Part shown: positions 39,446 through 48,999 of the stretch, in pieces
How positions within the stretch are numbered: the first letter of the stretch is position 1
How the letters are laid out: every line of letters starts with the position of its first letter
Assembly (NCBI GenBank): GCA_965221905.1
Contig: OZ244922.1
Coordinates: 1,344,001 to 1,408,000 of the forward strand
Direction: 5' to 3'
Source of the DNA: Chloroflexota bacterium
GTDB taxonomy: Bacteria; Chloroflexota; UBA11872; VXOZ01
DNA: 64,000 nt
Translations under genes and position numbers: made by a program
Notes under the pieces: model-generated
What the model was told of the DNA's origin: nothing
Seen by the model: the letters and a program-made list of their open reading frames with translations, nothing else
The model's database searches: none

Positions 39446-39693
39446 GGAGTTCTCAATATGCCGTACATACCACAGCCGTCCCGCAAGCTCTATCAGGGTG
39501 TCGTGCAGGAGCTTTGTCAGGCTGCTGCTGGTATGGGCTGTCTTTTGGCGGCCCCATTCACGGGAAGCCGCTTGATTCATGATCGCCTAACGAAGTAGAA
39601 ACCCGCGGCGTTGCTTTGGGAAGCAAAACAAGCCAGATGCCGCACTGTATTGTTGACCGCAAGAATGCCTAAACTCATACGAGGAGAAACAGA

Positions 39694-40932
39694 ATGTCCA
39701 AGAAAATTACGCGTGGGCAATTCCTTGGTGCACTTGGCGTAGCGGCGCTGGGCGCCACTGCCAGCCCGCTTCTTGCCGCCTGCGGCGGTGACGACGATGT
39801 GGAGAATACTGGAGGACCGGTTAGCCCGTCCAAGGTGTCGGACATTCCCGTGAAGGTCGGCTACTTGCCGATTACGGACTCTACGCCGCTCACGCTCGGG
39901 TATGCCGGCGGTTACTTTGCTGACGAGGGCTTGAATGCCGAAAAGCCTGCGCTCTTTCGCGGCTGGTCGCAACTTGCTGAAGCCTTCATGGCGGACCAGG
40001 TCAACGTGGCCCATTTTCTGATGCCGATGACCGTGTGGATGCGCTACGGCATAGGGTTTCCTGTAAAAGTGGTGGCCTGGGACCACATTAACGGGTCGGC
40101 GTTGACTGTGCATCAAGAGGGTGGCATAAATGGCATCAAGGACCTGGGCGGCAAGCAGATTGCGGTGCCTTTCTGGTACTCGATCCATAACGTGGTCCTG
40201 CAGATGGCATTGCGCCACCACAATCTGGAAGCCGTGATCCAAGACCGCAACCGCGAGTTGGCCGGCAATCAAGTGAATCTCTTTGTAATGGCTCCGCCGG
40301 ACATGCCGACCGCACTGGGCAATCGTTCCATAGACGGCTACATCGTCGCCGAGCCGTTCAATGCCGCCGGAGAGTTGTTGGCGAATGGGAAGATAGTTCG
40401 ATTCACTGGCGACATTTGGAAGGATCACGCCTGCTGCGTCGCGGTGCTGAACGAAAAGTACATCAATGAGAATCCGGAATGGGCCCAGCGCGTGCTAAAC
40501 GGTATTGCGAAAGCACAACTCGGCGCGCTGAAAGACATTCCCGGCACGGCGTTGCTCCTTTCGAAGGACGGCAGCGGGCTCCTACCGCAGGGCGCTCCCG
40601 TGATCGAGCGCGCCATGGGCAAGTATGATTTGGAGACCTATGGGGCCCAGGGCACCAACGCCATTCATCATCCGGAGTGGGGCGCATCTCGGATTGGTTT
40701 CCAACCCTGGCCGTATCCGTCCTACACGATCGAGCTAGTTAATCAGATCAAACAGACGAAGGTCGAAGGCGACACCAGTTTCTTGGGTGATCTTTCGGGC
40801 GATCACGCTGCCGAAGATTTGGTAGAGTATACGTTGGTCAGAGAAGCGTATAACGCAGCCGGTGGACCGGGTGCATTTAATATCGCGGAAGATGAAGCCT
40901 TCGAGCGCAAGGAGATCATCGGCATTGAGTAA
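39694..40932 (+). CDS. NrtA/CmpA-like ABC substrate-binding lipoprotein
   Basis: LAAC lipobox; GYLPITD, H.NGSALT, AVPFWYSIHN, PPDM, VAEPF, HACC. Confidence 0.88.
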   Translation: MSKKITRGQFLGALGVAALGATASPLLAACGGDDDVENTGGPVSPSKVSDIPVKVGYLPITDSTPLTLGYAGGYFADEGLNAEKPALFRGWSQLAEAFMADQVNVAHFLMPMTVWMRYGIGFPVKVVAWDHINGSALTVHQEGGINGIKDLGGKQIAVPFWYSIHNVVLQMALRHHNLEAVIQDRNRELAGNQVNLFVMAPPDMPTALGNRSIDGYIVAEPFNAAGELLANGKIVRFTGDIWKDHACCVAVLNEKYINENPEWAQRVLNGIAKAQLGALKDIPGTALLLSKDGSGLLPQGAPVIERAMGKYDLETYGAQGTNAIHHPEWGASRIGFQPWPYPSYTIELVNQIKQTKVEGDTSFLGDLSGDHAAEDLVEYTLVREAYNAAGGPGAFNIAEDEAFERKEIIGIE

Positions 40933-41800
40933 GGCCGCGAGCACCGAAAGGCGGCTGGCTGAGCATGCACGCGACGAGGCACGCACCGAATCAGAAGCGG
41001 CGAGAGCCGATTCTACGCCGGTATTCGTACGGTGGGCAGGGCGTCTCCGCGGCGTCGGCATCCCGCTTCTGGGTTTGCTTGTCATTCTTCTGCTCTGGCA
41101 GTTCTTGACGAGCGGCCTGCTCTCGGACTCGAGTATCGTCATTGCTTTTCAACCGCGAAACGCTTTCCGTGAGCTTGTGGGCTTCTTTGTCAGCGGTGTC
41201 ATCTACTCCCACATTGTGGCGAGCCTAGAGCGGATTGGAATGGGGCTCGCGCTGGCGGTGGCGATTGGGGTGCCGATTGGCGTAATCATCGGCCATTACC
41301 GTGCGGCCGAACGCGCTTCTTCCCTGGCGTTTCAGTTCATCCGCATGATTTCGCCCCTCTCGTGGATGCCGATTGCCATAGTCGTCTTTGGCGTTGGTAG
41401 TAACCCTGTCATCTTCTTGATTGCCATTGCGGCGGTGTGGCCCATGATCATCAATACGGCCCATGGCGTGAGCAGTTTGGACCAACGCTGGATTCGAGCG
41501 GCACGCACGCTGGGCGCCAATGAATGGAAGCTTGTGCGCATGGTCATACTGCCGGCCGTCGTGCCGGACATGCTCACCGGACTGCGCTTGGCGGTGGGCC
41601 TCGCGTGGGTGGTCTTAGTGCCTGCCGAGATGTTGGGTGTTTCCGACGGCCTTGGCTACTACATTCTGGATACTCGCGACCGTTTCAACTACGGTGAGCT
41701 GATGGCGGTGATTCTTGTCATTGGCGTGATTGGCTATGCATTGGACCAGCTCATCCGATTACTTCGCGTGCACGCCTCCTGGGACCAGGAAGAGCGCTGA
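40925..41800 (+). CDS. Nitrate/sulfonate ABC transporter permease
   Basis: SLERI..G, RMISPLSWMP, AARTLGA (EAA loop), LTGLR, AEMLG...GLGY. Confidence 0.92.
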   Translation: MSKAASTERRLAEHARDEARTESEAARADSTPVFVRWAGRLRGVGIPLLGLLVILLLWQFLTSGLLSDSSIVIAFQPRNAFRELVGFFVSGVIYSHIVASLERIGMGLALAVAIGVPIGVIIGHYRAAERASSLAFQFIRMISPLSWMPIAIVVFGVGSNPVIFLIAIAAVWPMIINTAHGVSSLDQRWIRAARTLGANEWKLVRMVILPAVVPDMLTGLRLAVGLAWVVLVPAEMLGVSDGLGYYILDTRDRFNYGELMAVILVIGVIGYALDQLIRLLRVHASWDQEER

Positions 41801-43533
41801 TGGACGTACCCCATGACGTTTACACCACCGATGTGTTGGTAATCGGCGGCGGGCTGGCAGGCTGCTGGGCCGCCATCGCGGCAACCCGCCAAGGGAGCCG
41901 CGCGCTGGTGGTGGATAAGGGATTTGTCGGCGGTTCCGGCTGTAGCGTGTTTGCAGGCGGCGTGGTGCTGCACCTGACGCCGGAGGACGATCCTACCGAT
42001 TTCGTGCGCGAGCACTGCCGCGAGAGCGAGCTTCTGCTTGACCCGGCATGGGTCGAATGGCTGGTGCAAGCCAATTACGAACGCATCGCTGAGTTGGATG
42101 GCTGGGATGCGCCATTCGACCGTCACGACGACGCGGCCTGCGGTCAAGTCGGCTCGCTCCACCGCCGCCTCATCTACGTGGGATCGCGCGAGACGGTGTG
42201 GCGGTTGGGCCTGGACAGTGTCGAGTTGATGAAGCTGATGCGAAAGCACGTGTTGCGCACGAAGCAGGCAAAGCTTCTCGACCACACGGCTATCGTGAAG
42301 CTCTTAGTGCAAGACGGCCGCATTGTCGGTGCGGTAGGCATCCGGCGGCAGGACGAGCGGCTCTGCCTGATCCAAGCGAAGTCCGTAGTATTCGCGGCGG
42401 GAGGCTGCGCGTGGAAAGGCACGCATTTCGGCCACGACATGCTCTGCGGCGAGGCGTATGCGCTGGCGTGGGACGTTGGGGCTTCTTTGATGAACATGGA
42501 GTATGCCAACGGCTACATTGCCACCAATACACGCTTCGATAGTCACGGACAGTGCATTCTAGCTGCCATTGGCGGCGAGTACTTGAATGGTGAGGGCGAG
42601 CCGTTCCTCGGCAAATACTCGGATAAGGTGCCCCCGGCGATTCATGTAATCGCCCGCGGTATGGCATCAGAGATACGGGAGGGCCGTGGGCCAATTCAGC
42701 TTGATCTCTCTGCGGTTCCCGCGACGGACCGTGAGATGTGGCTGCACGCCTTCAAGCACATCGCGGAGCTTGCCCGCCGCAGCGGCCAGGACCTGTTCGC
42801 CGACCGCACGCAATGGCATCCCGGGTTCAACGGCTCTGTATCGGGCTCTGCGGGGATTCACTTCGCTGATACCTCGATGGCCGCCAGCGTGCCCGGCCTG
42901 TTCGTTGCCGGTGACGCGGCGACGCGCGGGTACGTGGTCGGGGCGTCCAGCGGCATCACGTTTCTCAATCTCGCCTGGGCGAACGGCAGCGGTTACGCCG
43001 CCGGCGTGAGTGCAGGAAAGTTCGCCCAAAATGCAGGCTGGGAAGAGATCGCTGACGCCCGCAAGGAAGATTTGTTTGCCGAGATACTGCGCCCCATGGA
43101 AAGCAAGGACGGACTTTTGCCTGATGCGGTGTATGGGGAGTTGCAGTCCCAGGTCATGCCGCCCGAACTCAACATCTTTCGCCAGGAGGCCCGCATGCAG
43201 CAGGCATTGGCGCACGTGCGCACGCTCCGGCAGGAGGCGGTGCCGCGCCTCTTTGCGCCGGACTTCCATGAGCTTGTGAAATGCTTCGAGGTTGAGGCAA
43301 CGGCGCTGACAACGGCGCTAATGTATGAGGCGGCACTTCTCCGGACGGAAAGCAGGGGCTGGCACTACCGTGAAGACTATCCGCAGCGTGACGATGGCGG
43401 CTGGCTGCGCTGGATCATCGCGGAGCCGGATGCCGGCGGCGAACCGGTCTTCCGCTACTCCCCAGTGCCGCGAGACCGGTTAGAGAAACTGGGATTGCTC
43501 GAAAAGGCGGCGGCGCAATCCCCTACTACCTAG
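41800..43533 (+). CDS. FAD-dependent oxidoreductase, AprA/AsfA-like (SdhA/FrdA flavoprotein family)
   Basis: DVLVIGGGLAG.WAAI.A, VDKG..G.SG, AAGG, N.EY, PGLFVAGD, RTESRG.H.REDYP. Confidence 0.85.
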   Translation: MDVPHDVYTTDVLVIGGGLAGCWAAIAATRQGSRALVVDKGFVGGSGCSVFAGGVVLHLTPEDDPTDFVREHCRESELLLDPAWVEWLVQANYERIAELDGWDAPFDRHDDAACGQVGSLHRRLIYVGSRETVWRLGLDSVELMKLMRKHVLRTKQAKLLDHTAIVKLLVQDGRIVGAVGIRRQDERLCLIQAKSVVFAAGGCAWKGTHFGHDMLCGEAYALAWDVGASLMNMEYANGYIATNTRFDSHGQCILAAIGGEYLNGEGEPFLGKYSDKVPPAIHVIARGMASEIREGRGPIQLDLSAVPATDREMWLHAFKHIAELARRSGQDLFADRTQWHPGFNGSVSGSAGIHFADTSMAASVPGLFVAGDAATRGYVVGASSGITFLNLAWANGSGYAAGVSAGKFAQNAGWEEIADARKEDLFAEILRPMESKDGLLPDAVYGELQSQVMPPELNIFRQEARMQQALAHVRTLRQEAVPRLFAPDFHELVKCFEVEATALTTALMYEAALLRTESRGWHYREDYPQRDDGGWLRWIIAEPDAGGEPVFRYSPVPRDRLEKLGLLEKAAAQSPTT

Positions 43534-43715
43534 TGGGTTCTACTGCGCTCTGCGAGAGGCAGATTGCAACAAGCAGTTGCAACAGGTGGAAAAGCTAACT
43601 AACCTTAAAATGATCGCTGAAGAGGCTTTTGAGCCTACTGCAACCGGGCGCAGCGCCCAGCAGTGGGGTTGGGCAGGTCCTGTGTTATGACGATGCTAGT
43701 TGGAAAGAGTGAATA

Positions 43716-43934
43716 GTGGCAATTGAAAAAGTGTATGAGGACCTGTGTATTGGCTGCACCCTTTGCGTAAAGGTCTGTCCGCTCGACGTGCTCCGCATGG
43801 ACCGGAACAAGAAGGCCTACATCCGCTACCAAGATGACTGCCAGTCGTGCTTGCTGTGCGAAATCTATTGCCCCACTGACGCAATCTACGTCGGCCCGGA
43901 GAATCCCCGCGATGTGCCCTTCGTCGTAATCTGA
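43716..43934 (+). CDS. 2x[4Fe-4S] ferredoxin, AprB/AsfB-like
   Basis: CIGCTLCVKVCPLDV and CQSCLLCEIYCP. Confidence 0.9.
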   Translation: MAIEKVYEDLCIGCTLCVKVCPLDVLRMDRNKKAYIRYQDDCQSCLLCEIYCPTDAIYVGPENPRDVPFVVI

Positions 43935-43978
43935 GTCTCTCAGTTTTCCTTAGGGCCGACTAAAGCTACAATGTGCGC

Positions 43979-46414
43979 ATGAGCCTTTTCAATCGTAGTC
44001 TTGGCGCTATTGGCGCGTTCTTGCGTGCCGGTCAGGACACCTCTCACGTAGCACTAGACTCGCAAGGATCTACCGCTTCCCCTCGCTCGGGCGACAGTGA
44101 CTCTGAAGAGATTCCGGTACTACACCGGCTTGCCATCATCTACCTGATGCTGCCGGTAGTGGTCTGGCTGGTGGGGTGGTTTGAGTGGTGGTTCGGTGTC
44201 CCGTTGGCCCTGCTGGTGGCTGTAGGGGTCTGGCAGGTACTAAAGACTGGGCAAGCGAAGATCAACCGGCGCACTCTTTTGAGTGCTCTGCGTTCTGCGC
44301 TGCGGCCCACCACCGTCGCGCTGCTGCTCATTGCTCTTGCGTGGGTGATGGTGACCGGCGCTGGGGGTGTCTTCGACGTCCAAAACCACCACTGGGATAA
44401 GCACCAAGCAATATTCCTAGATCTCAGCCGCGGCAACTGGCCGGTTTTCTTGCCGACCTGGACGCCTGACTTATCCATTTATTTTTCTGGGGAAATAAGT
44501 CAGCCTGGCTCCCTACTGCGCTATTACTTGGGCTATTACATGGTCCCAGGCTTGGTGGGCAATTGGTTTGGGCCGGCGACGTTGAACGTGGCAGTGCCTT
44601 TGTGGACTTGGTGTGGGGTTGGCCTCACGCTGGTGCTCTTCACGCGTTGTCATCGTGGATGGAGAGTGCTAGCCGCGGCAACAGTCCTCGTTCTCTTCAG
44701 TGGTATGGACCTAGTTAGCGGGATCCTACTCGAGGGAATGGAGTGGCTTGAAATTGAATTTGCCTGGGAGGGTTGGCCAGAGTTTCGGATAGGGCGGAAT
44801 AGACTGGATGGGATATGGCTGAAGGATGTAAGGGTAATGTACCTATCCCAAATGTATGGATTGATGTTGATCCCGCAGCACTTCATAGCAGGTGGGCTCT
44901 GTGCTCTGCTGATTGTGCAGCTTCGCCGGCACGGGCGATTTCTCGCGGTGAGTGGCGTCGTGCTAACGGCGGCAACATTCTGGTCACCCTTTATCGTTAT
45001 CGGCCTGCTGCCGCTCGCGGCAGTGATGCTTGTTGAGAACGGTCTCCGTCCTTTCCTGCGTTGGCAAAATCTGTTGTTGGCGACACCTTTGGCGGCTTTG
45101 CTCTTCTTTTACTTGTCGAGCGGAACTGGAGATATCGATCGGGGCTGGATATGGCAGATCCACTCGAGCGACTTGCCGAACTTGACGAGAGTTTTGCCGA
45201 TATTGTACTTGAGCGAATTTGTCATATTGGCCGTTTTGCTCGTCCTATTGAATCCACGCTTGCGCCGCAACTTACTCTTCTTCGCTTCTTTGGCGACTCT
45301 GCTACTCTTGCCCATGTATTCCTACGGCTATCACAATGATCTCGTCTTGCGCGGGCAGATACCCGCCCTATTCTTGCTCTCCTACTATTGTGCAAGCCTA
45401 TTTGGAGAGAGGTGGATTGACAAGACAGCGAGATGGGCCAAGCGCAACTGGGGGCTTGTTGGGAGTCTCGTTGCCGTTCTGAGTATCGGCGCCGTATCGC
45501 CGATATTCGATTTGGTGCTGGTTAGCAAGGATCATGACTTCAACGTTATCCGCTACGAGGATATGGGGCCAGAAGTCTCGGTATTGCGTAGTATTTGGAT
45601 TCCCAGAGGTTTTAGAAGGCAATATGTTGCGCATGACGTTCCCGAATGGTTCCATTGGCTGCTGCGGAGTGCGGATGGAGACGTACCGGAGCCGCAGGTG
45701 AAGGGCGACGTAATTATCCGCTCCACATACACTGTGCACCGTGAAAAACAGAGATTAGTCTATGTGAAGGACTTGTGCGGTCCGGAAGACGTGGATTCGC
45801 GCTTTTTCTTGCACGTGGTTCCACCCGATACAGACCTCCTTCCCACTGGCCGCAGCCACTTGAGCTTTGATTTCGAGTTTATTGGGCATGGCTGGCGGAT
45901 TGATGAGACCTGTATTGCAGTGCGTGAATTGCCCAGTTGGTATGCCAACGGGCACATTACAACCGGCCAATTCAATGCGGAGCGAACCAGCCATAGTTGG
46001 CTCCGCCATTACTATGGTGAAGACTATCGCAATCGTTTCCTGGCAGAGGCTGGCGAGCCGATCATCCGCTCTGACTATGACATTTACCTACACAAAGAAG
46101 AGGCGGGGGACAGTTCGGGCGAAGCGAGTCGACTTCGCTTACTTTTCTTCAAGCCCGCGTGTAGCCAGGGGGACGTGAAGGGACGATACTATTTGCACGT
46201 AGTTCCCGTTAGCCAGGACATCCTATCCGACGAGCGCAAGAGTGTCGGGTACGATGTGCTTGACTTTTCACTTGATGATTTTGGTGGGATGAGCGATGGG
46301 TCATGTTTTGTGGTACGGGAATTGCCAGAGTATGACATCCTCGAGATAAGGATGGGGGAGTTTAGCGCTGAAGGCGAAAAGCTGTGGGAAGGCCGCATCG
46401 CTTTTGACAAATAG
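43979..46414 (+). CDS. Polytopic membrane protein, GT-C-like, with two C-terminal Cys-pair domains (paralog 1)
   Basis: WLVGWFEWW, WDKH.AIFLDL, LRYYLGYYMVPG, FSGMD, PQHF, FWSPF, NDLVLRG; repeats start ~45701 and ~46049. The CDS is secure; function is inferred. Confidence 0.75.
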   Translation: MSLFNRSLGAIGAFLRAGQDTSHVALDSQGSTASPRSGDSDSEEIPVLHRLAIIYLMLPVVVWLVGWFEWWFGVPLALLVAVGVWQVLKTGQAKINRRTLLSALRSALRPTTVALLLIALAWVMVTGAGGVFDVQNHHWDKHQAIFLDLSRGNWPVFLPTWTPDLSIYFSGEISQPGSLLRYYLGYYMVPGLVGNWFGPATLNVAVPLWTWCGVGLTLVLFTRCHRGWRVLAAATVLVLFSGMDLVSGILLEGMEWLEIEFAWEGWPEFRIGRNRLDGIWLKDVRVMYLSQMYGLMLIPQHFIAGGLCALLIVQLRRHGRFLAVSGVVLTAATFWSPFIVIGLLPLAAVMLVENGLRPFLRWQNLLLATPLAALLFFYLSSGTGDIDRGWIWQIHSSDLPNLTRVLPILYLSEFVILAVLLVLLNPRLRRNLLFFASLATLLLLPMYSYGYHNDLVLRGQIPALFLLSYYCASLFGERWIDKTARWAKRNWGLVGSLVAVLSIGAVSPIFDLVLVSKDHDFNVIRYEDMGPEVSVLRSIWIPRGFRRQYVAHDVPEWFHWLLRSADGDVPEPQVKGDVIIRSTYTVHREKQRLVYVKDLCGPEDVDSRFFLHVVPPDTDLLPTGRSHLSFDFEFIGHGWRIDETCIAVRELPSWYANGHITTGQFNAERTSHSWLRHYYGEDYRNRFLAEAGEPIIRSDYDIYLHKEEAGDSSGEASRLRLLFFKPACSQGDVKGRYYLHVVPVSQDILSDERKSVGYDVLDFSLDDFGGMSDGSCFVVRELPEYDILEIRMGEFSAEGEKLWEGRIAFDK

Positions 46415-46504
46415 CTGCGAGTGCACAAAGCTTGAACCTGTTTGTTTAGAGATCATGGTGTTGGAGAACATATTGCAGCAGCGCAACTACAGTAGTTCAG
46501 TAGA

Positions 46505-48907
46505 ATGAGCCGGATCAAGCGTACTCTAGCCGCTCTCACCCAGTCTCGCGGCGCTGCATCCGCTATAGCCGTGAAGGCACTCGGGTACTGGGGCTCCTCA
46601 GCCTCCGACGGTGCTGCATCTGTTCGGATTCCATTAGTTCATCGGCTGGCGATTCTCTACCTGATACTGCCAGTAGCAGTTTGGCTGGTGGGGTGGTTTG
46701 AGTGGTGGTTTGGCGTACCTGCAGCCGTGCTACTGGCGTTAGGACTCTGGAGGGCTCTCGCGCCATCCCGGGAGAGCCTGAACTGGCAGGCCTTCTTCTC
46801 CACTCTGCATTCGGCGCTGCGGCCCACCACCGTTGCCCTGCTGCTCATCTCCTTCGCCTGGGTGATGACGACTGCCGCAGGTGGAGTATTCGACGTCAAT
46901 AACACCGATTGGCCGTTCCACCGATCGATATTCCTTGACCTTAGTGATGGCGACTGGCCGAGCGAGGTTCTGCCGGATGCCATAACCTATCTGGGCGTGC
47001 CCAGCTTGTTACGACACTACCTGGGCTATTACATGGTGCCGGGAATGCTGGGTAACTGGTTTGGACAGGCGGCGTTGAATTGGGCTGTGCCACTCTGGAC
47101 GTGGTCCGGAGTTGCCCTTATCTTGCTAATGTTCAACCGTGGCAGAAGTGGCTGGAAGGCAGTAGTTGCAGCGCTGATCCTCATTTTCTTTAGTGGCATG
47201 GACGCCCTGCGAATCATCTTTGCAGAGGGATGGGATATTTCTGAATTCAGGCTTGTTCTCGAAGGCTGGCCGAGGATAGAAGTTGGCCGTGATCACTTGG
47301 AGTGGGAGGGACTTAGGTCAATCAAGATCCAATTTTCGTCTCACATGGTAGGGTTGATGTTTGTGCCTAAGCACTTTATCGCAGCCGCGCTCTACGCCCT
47401 ACTATTGTTGCAACTGCGGCGCCATAGGCCATTCATCGCTGTAAGCGGAATTGTCTTAGCGGCAGCACTATTCTGGTCACCTTTTGTCGCTGTTGGCTTG
47501 TTGCCATTTGTCGCAGTGTTCGTCGCTGAGAACGGCATCCGACCCTTTCTGCGCTGGCAGAATATTCTAATTCCACTGCCGTTGGCAATCCTACTGTTGG
47601 TCTACCTGTCAAGCGGATCAGGCGATATTCCGCGTGGATGGTTTTGGGACATACACCAGGGAAATTTCCAAGAGGCGATAGGAGCCTTGCTTTCGCTCTA
47701 CCTTAGTGAATTCTTGATCCTGGCGATCTTAGTCTTGATTCTGCAACCGCGAATGCGTGCAAACCCGTTTTTTATAGCAAGCCTGGCTACATTGTTGCTC
47801 TTCCCTCTGTTTTCGCTTGGTCTCTTCAATGATCTTGTCATGCGCGGTGTGATGCCGGCCTTGTTTATCCTTTGCTACTACTGTGCTGACACTCTTCTTG
47901 GCTCATCATTTGACATGGAAACGAGAAGGGGACTTCTAAGAATTCTCTTTTTCGCGCTCATGGTTGCCGTATTGGCAATTGGTGCAGCCACACCATTAGT
48001 GGAATTGACAAGAGCTAATAATAATCACGAGTTTGGTATGGTCCGGCATGAGCAGCTTGGAGACGAGCTTTCAATTAGGGGCATCTTGGAGGAAAACTAT
48101 CCTGAGGGGTACGTGCCCCTCTACCTGACCAATGAGATTCCTGATTGGTACCTTCGCCTAATGGGATATACATCCGACATTCTGGCGCCCGCAATAGGTG
48201 ACTTGGCGGTCCGATCCACCTACGACGTATATTTTGACGGCCGAACTCTCCTATACATTAAGGATCCATGCAGCCAAGAGGAGAAAGGCACGTACTTCTT
48301 TGTGCAGGTGGTTCCGCTTGATCGGGAAAGTCTTCCCAATGACGATGAACATTTCAACATGGACTTTGTTTTCACTGCAAAGCACGCGCTGAGAAAAGAG
48401 AATATATGCTTAGCGTATCGGACCCTGCCGGATACATTTGAAGTTGCATATATCAAGACTGGGCAACTTAATGCAGAGAGAGCAAGCCACAGTTGGATCG
48501 CCCATTACTACAGTCAAGATTTTCGCAATCGGCTGCTCGCAGAGGCCGGTGAGCCGATCATCCGTTCCGAATTCGCCGTTTACCTCCATCACGAAGAATT
48601 GGAGGCCGACGGGGGCCAATCGAACCGACTTCGTTTACTGTATTTCAAACCCGCGTGCAGCCAGGATGACAATGGCACGCGCTTCTTCTTAAATATACTT
48701 CCAGATCGCGCAGAAGATCTTCCCGATGAGCGTAAGGAAGCAGGATACGAAGAACTGGACTTTGGCCTTGATGACTTCGGCGGTAGATATGACGGGGACT
48801 GCTTCGCTGTTCGTGACCTGCCGAAGTATGACATCCTTGAAATTAGAACAGGGCAGTGGAGTACTGAGGGCGACACTCTGTGGGAAGGGCGATACGCTTT
48901 CGACTAA
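46505..48907 (+). CDS. Same family, paralog 2 (two C-terminal domains)
   Basis: Same motifs; repeats start ~48198 and ~48545. Confidence 0.75.
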   Translation: MSRIKRTLAALTQSRGAASAIAVKALGYWGSSASDGAASVRIPLVHRLAILYLILPVAVWLVGWFEWWFGVPAAVLLALGLWRALAPSRESLNWQAFFSTLHSALRPTTVALLLISFAWVMTTAAGGVFDVNNTDWPFHRSIFLDLSDGDWPSEVLPDAITYLGVPSLLRHYLGYYMVPGMLGNWFGQAALNWAVPLWTWSGVALILLMFNRGRSGWKAVVAALILIFFSGMDALRIIFAEGWDISEFRLVLEGWPRIEVGRDHLEWEGLRSIKIQFSSHMVGLMFVPKHFIAAALYALLLLQLRRHRPFIAVSGIVLAAALFWSPFVAVGLLPFVAVFVAENGIRPFLRWQNILIPLPLAILLLVYLSSGSGDIPRGWFWDIHQGNFQEAIGALLSLYLSEFLILAILVLILQPRMRANPFFIASLATLLLFPLFSLGLFNDLVMRGVMPALFILCYYCADTLLGSSFDMETRRGLLRILFFALMVAVLAIGAATPLVELTRANNNHEFGMVRHEQLGDELSIRGILEENYPEGYVPLYLTNEIPDWYLRLMGYTSDILAPAIGDLAVRSTYDVYFDGRTLLYIKDPCSQEEKGTYFFVQVVPLDRESLPNDDEHFNMDFVFTAKHALRKENICLAYRTLPDTFEVAYIKTGQLNAERASHSWIAHYYSQDFRNRLLAEAGEPIIRSEFAVYLHHEELEADGGQSNRLRLLYFKPACSQDDNGTRFFLNILPDRAEDLPDERKEAGYEELDFGLDDFGGRYDGDCFAVRDLPKYDILEIRTGQWSTEGDTLWEGRYAFD

Positions 48908-48999
48908 TGGCATGGAAGTAAGCTATCCCAAAGTGCATGTAGTGAGGTCACTCTCGTTGAGACTGTATTGGAGCAATGAGGCTACAGTGACTTGATGAA

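Noticed and set aside
39458-39598. 46-aa ORF (MPYIPQPSRK...) between the ABC ATPase and the SBP
   Set aside because: Has a GGGAG upstream but no recognisable motif; cannot be supported
41800-43934. Dissimilatory APS reductase aprAB
   Set aside because: No sat, qmo or aprM nearby; the ferredoxin is short and lies downstream; the ABC importer context fits AsfAB-like homologs better
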